Assembly: GCF_001194135.2 (NCBI RefSeq)
Contig: NC_068982.1
Span: forward strand, 93,099,064-93,163,063
From: Octopus bimaculoides
Lineage: Eukaryota
Direction: 5' to 3'
Length of the DNA: 64,000 nt
Each line of letters begins with the position of its first letter. Position 1 is the stretch's first letter. Shown here piece by piece: positions 1 through 14,100 of this stretch. A program made the position numbers and the translations under genes. The notes under the pieces were generated by a model. The model saw only the letters and a program-made list of their open reading frames with translations, was not told where the DNA came from and ran no database searches.

Positions 1-336
1 ATTGTCATAGGTGCCCTGGGAATGACAGCGAAACGGGCTGATTACTACCTAGCTCAGATACCAGGAAACCCCAAAATGGCTGAAGTTCAAAAGATAGTGC
101 TCATGGGAACTGCCCATATCCTACGTAAAATACTGTCTATGTGATCTCAAATTTTAAAGCAAACACATAATTTTCTTATGGTTTCTTAAACATTCACTAG
201 AACAAAACTGTACAAATCCAAATATATGGTACCCTAGGCATAACACCTACATGAACTTCTAACTTGTTGTCTCTTGAGGTCTCTGGGTGAGACTTGGATC
301 CAACTTGTACAAATGCAAAACAAGAGTCAAACATAA

Positions 337-371
<35 letters not shown>
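1..371 (+). mobile_element. 3' end of Dong/R4-type non-LTR retrotransposon with (TAA)n tail
   Basis: Frame 1 reads IVIGALGMTAKRADYYLAQIPGNPKMAEVQKIVLMGTAHILRKILSM*, typical of the R4/Dong RLE C-terminus. It ends in (taa)n, the known Dong target/tail. Confidence 0.75.
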
Positions 372-373
<2 letters not shown>

Positions 374-984
374 TGCCTTGATGCAGTACCAGGCAGTGGC
401 TCTCATGGATTCTGATCTTAACTTATTGGAAGTGTTATCATGTACATATTGTTTTGTCTTGATATAAAAGATGGGGTACAACAAATATTCTGCTCAATAC
501 CACAGATTTGCTTGTCATTTGTTTGAGCTTAACCAGTTGAGCATGTCCCTTAGTGGTTGATATGTGCAGCTCTGATCATGAGCAGAAACAAAGTTGGGTG
601 TGGAGTGAACACATGCACACACACACACACGTAAAGTAGTGGGAGAGCATCATAACAATGTGTTGAGAGAAATTCTTTGGGGTTTGAACAATTCCCCTTA
701 GGAAACATGGGTGTTTTATTCATCATCCTTAACCCTTGTTCAGTGACCTTTTGAGTGGAATGGGCTACTTGACTTGAAGAAAATTTTAACTGGGCCCCAC
801 CTGCAAGGTCATGCGCTGTTTATCTTGATATGAGATCACCATGTCATGCACATAAAGTTGTGATGCATGTGCCTGGTGTACTCTTATCAGACGGGTAGTC
901 ATGTTGGGTATACTGGGCTTCGTATATTTTACCCCAGTGTCACTTTAATGGCATGCACTGCTCTCTCACTCAATAATAATGATA

Positions 985-1445
985 ATGACAATGGTTTCAA
1001 ATTTTTCCACAATGGCAGCCATTTTAGCGGTAGGGGGAGTCAATTACATCGACCCCAGTATTTCACTGGTACTTAATTTATCAACCACAAAAAGATGAAA
1101 GGCAATGTCAACCTCGGTGGAATTTGAACTCAGAATGTTTAAGGCGGCGAACTGGCAGAAACAGCGCGCCAGGCGAAATGCTTAGCGGTATTTCGTCTGC
1201 CGTTACGTCTTGAGTTCAAATTCCGCCAAGGTCGACTTCGCCTTTCATCCTTTCGGGGTCGATAAATTAAGTACCAGTTACGCACTGGGGTTGATGTAAT
1301 CGACTTAATCCCTTTGTCTGTCCTTGTTTGTCCCCTCTGTGTTTAGCCCCTTGTGGGCAATAAAGAAATAAGAATGTGAAGACGGACAAAATGCTGCTAA
1401 TCATATTGCCCATTGTGCTAACAACTCTGTTAGCTTGCCTCCTTG
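985..1445. mobile_element. Nested tRNA-derived SINEs (family 2): plus copy 1139-1370 inside a minus copy
   Basis: B-box GAGTTCAAATTCC and central GCCTTTCATCCTTTCGGGGTCGATAAA; flanked by agaatgt at 1132-1138 and 1371-1377 (TSD); the host copy resumes after 1378. Confidence 0.75.
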
Positions 1446-1578
1446 ACGATGATGATGATGACAACCATGAAAACTAATAGTTGTTGTTAGCCACATGTAT
1501 AGAGTTGACAACCATCCACTTGTAAGCAATGGCCACTCTAAACACTGAACTAATAATTTATACTTGTGTTTATTTTCC

Positions 1579-1617
<39 letters not shown>

Positions 1618-1623
1618 CATGTA

Positions 1624-1758
1624 GGTGTAGGAGTGGCTGTGTGGTAAGTAGCTTGCTCACCAACCACATGGTTCCGGGCAAGTGTCTTCTTCTATAGCCT
1701 CGGGCTGACCAAAGCCTTGTGAGTGGATTTGGTAGACGGAAACTGAAAGAAGCCCGTC

Positions 1759-1818
<60 letters not shown>

Positions 1819-2015
1819 TTGTCCCCCCAACATCACTTGACAACCGATGCTGGTGTGTTTATGTCCCCCGTAACTTAGCAGTCCGGCAAAAGAGACCGAT
1901 AGAATAAGTACTAGGCTTCCAAAGAATAAGTCCTGGGGTTGATTTGCTCAACTAAAGGCGGTGCTCCAGCATGGCCACAGTCAAAAGACTCAAACAAGTA
2001 AAAGAGTAAAAGAGT
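1624..2015 (+). mobile_element. tRNA-derived SINE (family 1, dominant)
   Basis: A-box TGGCTGTGTGG, internal (AT)n(GT)n, tail GGCGGTGCTCCAGCATGGCCACAGTC..GACT plus (GTAAAAGA)n. Confidence 0.85.
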
Positions 2016-3577
2016 ATGTGTGGTGTATATAACTATTGGCATAATCAGTTCCTCTAAATCTAATATTTTCCAATTCTAATTGAGTATTCACACTAATTTG
2101 TCTGTAAGATAGAATAATTCTCAGTAGCACTGGGAAATAAAGATAATGGCTCCTATAAGGCTAATAGTGGTGTTTCATTCATGTTAGAATTTGTTGAGAT
2201 CCCGAAAAGTTAGTAAAGTCAGGGGATTATATATGCATGTGTGATGTGGTAAGTGGGGTTTGGAAGGAATAAAGTTGTGGTTAATTGTAGGATTTTGCTG
2301 TCAAGTGGCTGGTCAATAAGCTATGAAACATTATGAATTATTCAGGGAGATAAAGAGAGTGGGGCAATGGTAGGAGGAGCAGAAGGAATAGTAGTAGTAT
2401 TTGGGATGGAATTAAATTATTTGGCAAGCCAATAGATAAACAGATAAATAGATACGCAGATAGATGGGAGAGAGGAAGGAAGAGAGAGTGGGAGAGAGAG
2501 AGAAAGAAGGAGAGAGAGAGAGCAAGTATTGTTTGGGATGAAAAGTATTTAGATAGATAGATAGATAGATATATGTGCCAAGGTCTAAACTGGGACAGTT
2601 ATTAAGAAAAAGTATAAAGAAAAAAAGGGAGTGAGAAAGGCTGAAAGTAAAGTAAATAAAATAGATAATATATATAAATAAATGGAAGTAAAGAAAATGA
2701 GGTAAATGAAAGGAAATTATTATTTATATAAAAGATACCTGGCATAAAGATTCACTTCTAGTTACTTGATGTGTTCTTTGCTCTTCACTTTCTTCTACTC
2801 TTTTCAGGTTTGTCTTTTAACTTTAATGGCTCTACCTATCATACTATTCCCCACTGTGTCACATTCTGCCAAACTGGAACATCCCCAAGCCATAGATCTT
2901 ATCTCTTGCAACAGGTTGTCTCATGTTGTACTCCATGTTGCAAATCTCTATCTATCCTTCCCCACCTCCATCATAAGTGTTTCTGACCCTATATCTGGCT
3001 GCAGTGTCTTTCAGCTTCCATACTTTTCTTCGCAACATTATTTTGTGTTTCTGAGTCTATCTAGTTCTTATATTCAGGTCTCTGATCAGCAATCTATTCT
3101 GGGTGGTGCATTTTCCATCAGGAAAGGACTTAGTGTTCACAACCAGCTGCTTCTCATGTTTCCGGGTCGTTATGAAGACTACAGGCATCTACGGCATTAG
3201 AGCTACTTCAGGGTACAGAGTTTTGCATTTATAGAAATTGTAAAGTGTGACCACTAATTTCAGGATATGGTCTGTAATTTCACTCTTATGGAAACTTGTA
3301 TGAATTTTTAACAAGTTAAAAACTATACTTTCTTCTTGGTGTTTTCACTGAGATTAAAGTGCAGCTAATAATTTATAAAACTATAATCATGATATATACC
3401 TACATGTGTGTTGTGTGTCTGTGCGTGCATATGTGTGTGTGTCTGTGCGTGCATATGTGTGTGTGTGTGCGTGTGTTTGAGTGCCTGTATGTGCATCACT
3501 ATAAACACAGTGTGATGGGGATCTTTTTTTTGTTGTAAATATTTGTGACGTTTGTTTATATTTTCTTGTGTCAGAAT

Positions 3578-3637
<60 letters not shown>

Positions 3638-3767
3638 NNNNNNNNNNNNNNNNNNNNNNNNNNNNNNNNNNNNNNNNNNNNNNNNNNNNNNNNNNNNNNN
3701 NNNNNNNNNNNNNNNNNNNNNNNNNNNNNNNNNNNNNNNNNNNNNNNNNNNNNNNNNNNNNNNTATA

Positions 3768-4150
3768 TAGGTGCAGGAGTGGCTGTGTGGTAAGAAGCTT
3801 GCTTCCCAACCACATGGTTCTGGGTTCAGTCCCACTGCGTGGCACCTTAGGCAAGTGTCTTCTATTATAGCCTCGGGCCAACCGATGCCTTGTGAGTGGA
3901 TTTGGCAGATGGAAACTGTAAAAAGCCCATATGTATATGTATATATTTGTGTGTGTCTGTATTTATCTCCCCAACATCAGTTAACAACCAATGTTGGTGT
4001 GTTTACGTCCCCATAATCCAGCAGTTTGGCAAAAGAGACTGATAGAATAAATACTAGGCTTACAAAAGAATAAGACCTGGGGTCAATTAGTTCGACTAAA
4101 GGCAGTGCTCCAGCATGACCACAGTCAAATGACTGAAACGAATAAAAGAA
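3768..4150 (+). mobile_element. SINE family 1
   Basis: A-box, B-box GGTTCAGTCCC, CCTTAGGCAAGT, same 3' tail. Confidence 0.85.
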
Positions 4151-4743
4151 TATAAAATCAACTTTCACTGCTGCTACTATCTATCATCACCAATACAGCA
4201 ATACAACTAATATTAACACCAAAACCAATACAATAACTGCCATTACCAACCCATCAACTCCCTAATAACAGCAACAATAATATGAACAACAACAGTAACA
4301 ATTATGTAAACAAGATAAGTAAAACCTATCTAAAATAAAAGACAATCATAAAAAGCTGAATGAAATCTCATTGACCTGAGCAATAACAATACAATTAACA
4401 TGAACAATACAACCAACATCACCACTATCAGTACCAAACCATCAAATTTAGATTAACTAATAAGTGACAGTGATAATAGTTGCAGCCCGATAGCAATGCC
4501 TGTAGCTATATATGTTGTATGCTAGCACAACAGAGTTTTTGTGTGTTTATGAGCGAGAAATAAGAGACTAGAAAGTGGTGATTTTGTACCTCAAGTCAGA
4601 GGTTAGAGACTTCTGGAAGAAGTTCAACATAATGGATGCTGTAGATAACATAACTGAGTCATGGGACAAAGTGAAACTTTCAATTTTGAATGTTATTTAG
4701 AAAAATATATGGCAATAGTAAAAAAAACAAGTCTTAAGCTCAC

Positions 4744-4883
4744 CTTCTTTATTGCAGAAATGACAACCTGATCTGTGTCCAATGTCAAGAAATTCCTGTT
4801 TATTTGAGTTGCATGTTGTGTAACTATCAATGGACAGTTAAGATTGTATGCCTGTCTGATCACACCACTTTCCTGAAAACTTC
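4744..4883 (-). CDS. MAN2C1: MAN2C1 coding exon 28
   Basis: [46 protein letters not shown]; ttttatag / gtgagc. Confidence 0.95.
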
Positions 4884-7800
4884 CTATAAAAGAGGACAAG
4901 ATTATAATAACAGTAAAGCAAAGTGACAGCATGTTTTGTTCTTTGTGTAAGTTTGAATATATATGCGTGTGTGCATGAAGGTATATGCTGCTCTTGAGGA
5001 AGGTGCTGTGTCTATGGTGTTTGCAGGCATTTCAAGACATGTAAAGTTAGTGTGGTTGATGGTCTTCTTGAATAGCTAAAAGGATGACTGCAAGAAAAAC
5101 ATGAGCAGAAAGGTAATTCCAGAAGTCTAATATCATAGGAAGAAAGAATTGGAACTTGTGACAAAAACTGAATTCAAAAACTACCTAGGAATAGAGGGAT
5201 GCTTTCACTGGTTGACTCACTGTCAAAGCTACATTAAATGGATATGTAACTTACAGAAAAGAACATTTTCACAATTTTGCGAACTGAGGCAAGGCAGTAT
5301 TTAAAGAAACTCAGCCATTTTAGTTGCCATCATGTTATATGTGGTTCATTTTGACTGGTATGAATTTGAAAATCCATCTAGAAGAGCAGTAGTTCTGGAT
5401 AAGAACTGACTCAAACCACAATGACCGATCCAACCTATACCAACATGGAAAGCAATGATGATGATAATGGATAGGTTGTCATTGATGATAATGGATAGGT
5501 TGTCATTGATGATAATGGACACGTTTTAGAAAGTAACCCTAATGCATGTTAAATGAGTGAAAATAAAAGCAAAACTAAAAGAACAGCTTACACTTTTACA
5601 TTTCAATTTTAAGATATGTTTATCATATACAGATTGGTGGTACTATATTAGCCAATTAGCACCATGCAGCTGTTCTTGTTGGAAGGTGGCAATAGTATAC
5701 TAATAAGGATAGTCTCCTTAATCTTTTAATTGCCAATATTCTATTCCATAGCTTTGATGGTGACTATAATCACCTGATTAGAACATTTTTTTTTTTTGCC
5801 TAACAGAAGAAGCATTTATATGATGTTCATTAACATAAAAGAGCAGTTTATGAATAATAGTTTTGCTACAGGATCCTATATGTTTACTTACACAGTATTT
5901 AAATAAGTCCATATAAGTCTACAAAGATTCATTGGTTAGTGTGCATACATTGTTGTTGTTGTGTGTGTATGGGGGTGAAATTATAACTTGATTCCCAAAC
6001 AAACATTTTCTTAAAGAAGGTCTAGTTAATATATTTCAGCTGTATATTCAATCCCTTCCTATGGATCACCTGGAGGATTATGGCAGTAGTTCTATTGTCA
6101 AAGTGAGCAGTTTTAAAAGCGCTTATTGTCTCTGGAGATGAGAAGTTTGGGCGTCCATTATAAGTCCAGTGTCTGATAAAAGATGCAGGGTAGCTCTTAT
6201 CCAATTGCACCCTATAATGTTGATGCTTCTATTCCCTGCTTCATTGCATCTGATGTCAATAAGAGAGAGATTTCATTCTGTACATAAACTGTGCCTGGCT
6301 AAATTTATTATCATGGTAAATTTGATCAATTTATCAGAGACAAGTCAAGACTGACTGCCAGATAAATTTCTGAAAACACTGCTTTCAATGCAGTGTCATC
6401 CCTAATGCAGGGACTAGTCAAGTGATATTATCCCTAATATAACACATTCATGGACATTCACTCATTTAAATACTCTAGTCTGATGAGTTATAAAAGCTTC
6501 CTAAGCTTCTCACAAATTTCATGATTAAAAAGCTTCTATGATACCTTCATGTACTACTCAATCAATACATCCCAGAAATTTAAAATCTGAAATTATAATT
6601 TGACCCACTGCCATACTTAATTGATATTAACCAATTTTACTATAAAATAAGAAATATCTCACACACAAATCCCTTCAATATGCACAAGCATATTGGTTCT
6701 TCCTATCATAGTCACTTTGTTAACTTCATAATCCCTGCAATCAACATCACAGATACATGGTATTTTGGTGTTACTTAACCATTTGTCACTGCTCTGACTG
6801 GGTCTCTTTCACTAACACAACTGTAACTGCTAAGCTCCAGCCGAAATTCATCTCAACCCAGTGAGTTAATAACAAGCTTCAATTTGATATAGAAACTAAC
6901 TTTTGTAGAATCCTTGATGAGTTAAATTGATGTCAGCTCTGAAACCAATCTCTATTTTAACTAAATGTCTACCTACTATCTAAATAATTCACTCTTCCAT
7001 CCCATAATCAGTTCCCAAAATGATCTAAAGACCTCGTCCATACATTTTAGATGAAGGGAGAGAATTCTGCATCATTGTTAAGAACACATACTATGAGCAA
7101 GTGGTTGGATACTTAAATACTATGCTGTAAGAAAATGTCACACTGAATAATTTAAACTGCAGAGAATTATTCAGTAAAATTAAATTAAATTTTACCATAA
7201 TGATGCACAAAGTTGGATCCAAGATAAATATTATACTTATCATCATTGCCATAGAATGACTCCATTTAAAATATCCTTAACTCCTTTCCCAAATCCTCAA
7301 ACCACTTTTTCTTATTTTTGCTGGATACATCAACAGCTCCAAACAAAGACTCAACTTCATGACAAAGAGCATCATTTCTTACTTTAGCTTCACATTGTCA
7401 ATCATCCATCACCTGATTATTATTGTGAACATACCTACTTCTATTTATATTTATAGACATCAGCAGTACCTAACATGTCAAATCTATTAGGTTTCCTAGC
7501 CATCACATATACAGAAGGAATAGAGCACTGCTACTCATGTGTCATCTTCTCCAGATATGTAGATATCCTCATGCAGTCTTCTTCAAGTGAGGAGGCAAAC
7601 AGAATATATGGCACACTCAGTGACTTCACAGGATTTGAAGTGAACATCCTGATGACACAGGATCTCTCCTAGTACTTGACTACTAACTTAGAATAGCAGT
7701 GGAGAGATTCATTAACAACCAACTTCCACAGCAAACTACCTGTTGGAGTCTGTTAGTGTACTATGGCTCAACCCTACTAATCAACACCAAACCACCTACA

Positions 7801-8565
7801 TACAGTATGAAGTGTCCCATATAAACAACAGATGTAGTAACTTGGGGGATAAAACTGCAACTTCAAATATTTCCAAAAGATGTTAATGGATATCAGGTAA
7901 CCAGCATCCTTTACCAGAGACCAAAAGAAGGTTCACATCTTTAATACTACTGTACTTTGATGATAGAAACACTGCTACACTAATCACTACCTCTTGTACA
8001 TCTTCCCTGGAACATCATCCTTCTGGAATTCCCTCCCTGCCCATCAGTCTTCTGTTGTTGTTCAAGAACAACTGTGTCCATCTCACTGGTCTCTGAGGTC
8101 CTGCAGAGGCCATGGACACAACTGCTTCATGCAGACCAAACCATAAAAAAAAAATGATTGGCAAAATATCACAAAAAGAACGGGGAGAATAAGGGGAAGG
8201 TCACTTGACAATGTAAGAGGTTACAAGAGGTAGAAGAAAACTCGAAAAGTGATGAACAAAATGTAAACACACAAAGATTAATGATGAAAGTTGTACACAG
8301 TGAATTGTGCACTAAAATGAGGGAAAAAAGTAGACTGACATTTTGTGCCAAATATTTTATGAAAAAAAAAGTTTGTGCTACAATTCTTATTATTTGATTA
8401 AATTATTAAATAATTTTCTTCCTGATATTGTAAATAAATCATTGCTGCAGTTTATGGTGCTACAGTTTCTGAATGATTTTCATTTAACTATCAGTTATAT
8501 CTAAGATTTCTAAACTTGAATGTATTAAACTGAAGAATGAAGCAGTATCAACATGTTAAAGAATT

Positions 8566-8603
<38 letters not shown>

Positions 8604-11065
8604 CTGGGGGGATTATGCATGTGCATGGGAAAGTGTGTTAAGTGTAAGTAAACAACTAATAAATAGACAGACATACTGTATGGCTGTTTGTATGTTTACA
8701 CAAACAGGCATACAATATAACCATTGTAAAAGCTTTAACTTTGATCTTCCTTACATTATAGGGGCTAGGTTTCAATTGAAAGTTGCTGAGACATATATAT
8801 TAACTAGAAGCATGACAAGAGTTAGTGAAGATGTAAAAGGTTATCTGATTGTTGTTGATGATAATAATCATCAGTACCAATCAGTTCTGCATGAGCTGAT
8901 GTGTAACATAAAAAGTAAAGAAGTAAATGGTTAGGGGTAATGTATAACTTTACACCTGGCATATGCCATATTTCTGTATGATCTGGGATAATGTTTTGAA
9001 CTCTCTTATGCATGGCTAAGGCAACTGTAATCTCAAGTAGCAAATGAAGAGTGAGCCTGAATGGAGAAGATATACAGTTAACAAGTTCTGAGGAACAGAA
9101 GCTATCAAAGGAGTGCTAGATGACAGAGAGAAGAAAGGGAAATTTGGCTGGATGGTCATTCGTCCACTGACATTCATGGATGCTGCATCGAAGAAATCAA
9201 AGAACAAAAGAGAAAAGGAGAAAGAAAAAACGCACTCAACACCAGAGCTGAAGACATGCCCGAAAGGTAAGGGGGTGGGCTGCCATGTTGAAAACGGTAG
9301 AGGAGTAGGGGCTGAAACCTAATGTGGTTCCTTCTGAAGATGTCTTTAGCCACTGGATCCTATAAAGGAGCTGTTGAGGTAGTAAACCATTAAACGTAGT
9401 TGGAATTCCCTCATACACAATTTCTTCTCTCTGCCTCTTCAATAATCTCTGTCACCTATCCCCTTCACACAGGCTTACTCATCTTTCTTCCTCTTATCAA
9501 TCTTACAGTCTCACATCCTAGCACCTGCTCTAAAAATGTAACCCTATTTTTCCAGGAATTCTTTTCTTGCCCATGTTTTTCTAAAGATGGTCATGCTAAA
9601 CAATAACCACATTGATCTCACCAGTCTGGAAGCTTTCAAAAAGTTTTAGGTACTGCACATCATCTGACAATTTTATATAAATTTATATAGATGCAGGAGT
9701 GACTGTGTGGTAAGTAGCTTGCTTACCAACCACATGGCTCTGGGTTCATTCCGACTGCGTGACACCTTGGGCAAGTGTCTTCTGCTATAGCTTCGGGCCG
9801 ACCAAAGCTTTGTGAGTGGATTTGGTAGACGGAAACTGAAAGAAGCCTGTCATATATATGTCTATATATATATGTATATGTGTGTATATGTTTGTGTGTC
9901 TGTGTTTGTCCCCCTAACATCACGGTTCGGCAAAAGAGACCGACAGAATAAGTACTAGGCTAACAAAGAATAAGTCCTGGGGTCGATTTGCTCAACTAAA
10001 GGCGGTGCTCCAGCATGGCCGCAGTCAAATGACTGAAATGAGTAAAAGAGTATAGATATAGAACGACCATATTTTGTTGCCCTATTGCTTATTGTCCTTA
10101 CTGTTGTTAACAGTAAGAAAGACTTTCTGACACAGAAGGGAAAAGCCTGGGTCTCCTGTCATAAGGTTCATATTACCTGGCAATTAAGTAATTTGGAGTC
10201 AACGAGGCTGCCCCTCTTCAGAGCACGTGTAGAAAGTATCGTTCTCTATAGTGTTGAAACCTGAACTATGAAGAAGAAATTGAAAATAGCCTTGTTAGTA
10301 CGTACACCACATGCCTTGTGAAGATTCAATACATCATATGATGTGAGCACAAGACCACAGAGGAGATTTTGATGTGAGCACAAGACCACAGAGGAGATTT
10401 AAAGACACATTCCATCCCTCTCCACTCAATGTTGGGAGGCTTTTCTAGACATTGCTATTGTGTTGAATATGAAGTAATTTTGGAGATTTCCATGCTCTAA
10501 TAGAGGATGAAGACAACTCAACTGTATTGAGATTATTGGCTGACACACAACATGAAACTGAGGACCTATCAAAGCTAAAAGGCAACAGTGATTTTTGGCA
10601 TAGCTCTGTGAAATGCATCTTTGATGCTTGAACAAAAATATGAAGGTGGAAGAAATAAAACTTTATAAAATGATGTAATATCATTTCTAGATGGCTGTGG
10701 AGCATTGAACAATTACTGACTTTTATTGTGATGCTTAGAAAAGAAAACCAAATATTAGATAAACAACAGCTACATTGAAGCTGTCTTGTGTAGAAGTTAA
10801 CATACATAAAACCATTACCTTTATGTGGCATCATAGCATATGTAAATTCATGGTTTAACATATCTGCTTCAGGATCAGGTGATTTTGAAGAGCGTAGCCT
10901 AAAAGATGAACACAGATTTGATTAAACTGTTACTAAATATTCAAATATTCTTTAATAGCCAGTAAGAAACAGAAAATAAACAGTTGGTTTATCTGGAACT
11001 AAACCAACAATATATAACAATAATACACACACACACACACACGCACGCATGCAGATGCACACACG

Positions 11066-11101
<36 letters not shown>

Positions 11102-14100
11102 GAGAGAGACAGAGGCTTCTTATAGCTTCTTACAGCTCATGGACAGACATGCACATACACACACACACACACATTCAGGAAATAGAGTGAGTTTGTTTTT
11201 AATTTGATAATTACTTTGCAGAGTTAATTCTGTTTTGATTTTAAGTGAATATGATCAAAGTTATGATTAAAATCACTGAGTCTATATTGAATCTGTGAAA
11301 TAGTCACTAAATAAAAACAATCAATGGCATGCGTTATTTTATGTCCATTCTCAATGTTACATATTTATATATACAGCAGGTATGGCTGTGCAACCAAGAA
11401 GTTCATTTCTCAACCATGTGATATGATTTTGTGTTCAGTAGCACCTTGGGCAATTGTTTTCTACTTTAACCTAGGACTGGCTGACCAATATCTCATTAGT
11501 GAAGGTGGAAACTGTACAAAGCCCATGAGTAAAGATATATATATATATATATATCATTTAATAAGAGCTTGACTCATTTCCATGCAAACTGCTATTAAAT
11601 AATATATGTAATTCCTACAAAATATGTTGAGTGCCACTTTCTTTAATTTGTCCAGTCACTTTATATATGTATATATATATATATNNNNNNNNNNNNNNNN
11701 NNNNNNNNNNNNNNNNNNNNNNNNNNNNNNNNNNNNNNNNNNNNNNNNNNNNNNNNNNNNNNNNNNNNNNNNNNNNNNNNNNNNGTAACACTAAGTAGCA
11801 ATTATTAAACTATAGAGTCATACAAGTATAATTATATTTAACATAGTTGTGTATACTCAATGAAAGGCTTCATGAAAATTATCAAATCTTTCTCCAAATC
11901 ATCCACATCATGTATTTAAGGACAATGATAAGTATACTGAGAGTTTACAAAGAAACAGAGGGCTTTTATACTTACAGTGAAAGACGCAGCACATTATCAA
12001 AGGCTGAGTAGCCATATTTTCCATTATTAAGGACAGCAACACCATAACCATATTCGGAAAGGTCAGCCCACTTATGACCACACACCTTATATGATAAGAA
12101 AATAGAAACATCAACAAGTAAGGACAAATTAATATAAAATTAGTATTCTAAATTATTATCATAAGCAATAATACATCATAGGTATGATGTGAAATTTTTG
12201 TAGATCTGAATGAGATTACGCTGCCATACAACTAGCCACAAATAGCAAGCAACAAGTAACTATAAAATAATCAAGCTTGTTGTGAGTCAGAATGTAAGTC
12301 CCCAAGATAGTCAGACATAGTTTGCAACACTATTTTAGAAACTTTTGTAATGTTACTCAGGCAGAAATATATTTTTGATTCCCTTTGAGTACATCACTGA
12401 CACAATGAGTAATTTGTTAACATGTGAAATGATTAAATTCCTCCTTCATTTTGCATCACATTCAGAGTATATCTTGCAGAAGTGAAGTCCTGCTTAATAA
12501 TTTTAATTTCCAACAAGTCTGTATATTGCCTCCATAATATCTAAGAACTAGCAGGTGGGGAGATAGAAAAATTGAAATGTATGAAAAAAATATTGGATCA
12601 GTTTTGACAGAAATATTTTAACTAAGCTCAAGGCTAACATTTTAAGAAAATACCCTTCTGTAAGAAAGGGTTTGAATTGCAGAAATGACAAAATATTTAA
12701 CTAAACTTTTTAGAGTATCTATCATTCTATTCTTTTGGTTACTACTTTAACATTTATATGGTTACCATTTATACATCTCAATCTTGCACCTGTAGTCTTA
12801 TCTAAACACTTTATTCAAAACCTTCATGGATCTAATTGACTCTTTCTTAAATATTATCACTGCAAGCATACAAAAAATCCCTGAGATGTTTGTTCAATGG
12901 AAAGACATCAGGTTTATATTAATTTTCATCATATAACCATTCTAGAATAGTTGTCACTCTTGCTATGACAGCAGTAGGCAAAATCTACAGTAACATTTAA
13001 CAAACCACACTGATACATGAATAGACTTTGAGGATTGGTAAAGGAAAATCAGCAGCTTATAATCACTTTGAATTGCTTGTGATCTTTTATTTACTTGAAA
13101 GATACACCACTCAAATAATGAAGTTGTAACACAATGATGACTAGAAATGCTGTCACATTCTAAAATTAAGACTATCAAAGTCCAGAGGCAAATAATGGCC
13201 AGTGTTTATGATGATGATAATAATGGTGATAATAAAAATTGTAAAAATGGTAGTAGTGGTGGTGAACACAATGATTATGATGTGATAGCATTAGTTATAA
13301 ACACGATACACAAGATAATGAATATATTCTTACATTTTCAAAACCTTCATAAAGATAGAATGTTTTCAGTAGTTGATAACAACAAGAATAAACTCAATGA
13401 ATATAATGAGTTAGTGGAGAAGCCTCTATATAGCTGCTCAGCCAGTGAGAAATAGTGATCAAATCTCCCTCATATCATGTCCTACCATCTTAGAAAAAGG
13501 ACACATTGGACAAGACAAAGTAGTTCTAGATATGTGAAAACACTGGTTGATCACAGTTGGTCTGGCTTTTATTGCAGATCTGCTCGCTCAATGCTGACTT
13601 GGGGCAAAGCAACAACAACAACAACCGCAGTAGCAGCAACCGCTGCCGCCACTACCACCACTGCTCCTGCTGCCACCAATAACAACAGCATAAAAAAAAA
13701 TGTCCATTAACCCTTTAGCATTCGGATTTTTGAATTAATTATGCATTATCTCACAGCTTTGAGATTTTAATGATGTGACTGTTTGTGTTTAGGATGACAT
13801 TGTAGGGTAGGTGTGAAAGGCTTGATCAGTCCTCCAGTTTGAACAATATGGCTGAATATGGCTGGTTTAAATGCTAAAGGGTTAAAGGAAAAAAATGTTG
13901 AAATATTACTCACCTCAAAACGAGCAGAATCCCAAGAGGTGTTCATATGAGTGGGTCTTTCTAGAAAACCATACTGGGTCTCATAGGTGGCTCTTGCTGT
14001 TGTCAAATTAAATGGAAATTCTACCTTTAAGAACTTGTGGGATTCATTCCATTCTACCTGCAATGAAGAAAAGAAAAAGGATTGTACAATTACACCCATT

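Noticed and set aside
1624-1700. tRNA-like A/B boxes at SINE heads as tRNA genes
   Set aside because: There is no complete cloverleaf, and each continues into a repetitive SINE body.
1-4743. Search for the final MAN2C1 exon(s) (RLYEA-type motif)
   Set aside because: No matching frame with splice signals was found, so the 3' end is presumed outside the window rather than lost.
6000-8150. Possible ancient LINE/Gypsy debris (patchy motifs such as VIFSRY, KLDPR)
   Set aside because: Too degraded to assign from the sequence alone; it needs a profile search.
9377-9398. let-7-like TGAGGTAGTA
   Set aside because: Only 10 nt match, there is no precursor hairpin, and it sits in an RTE relic.
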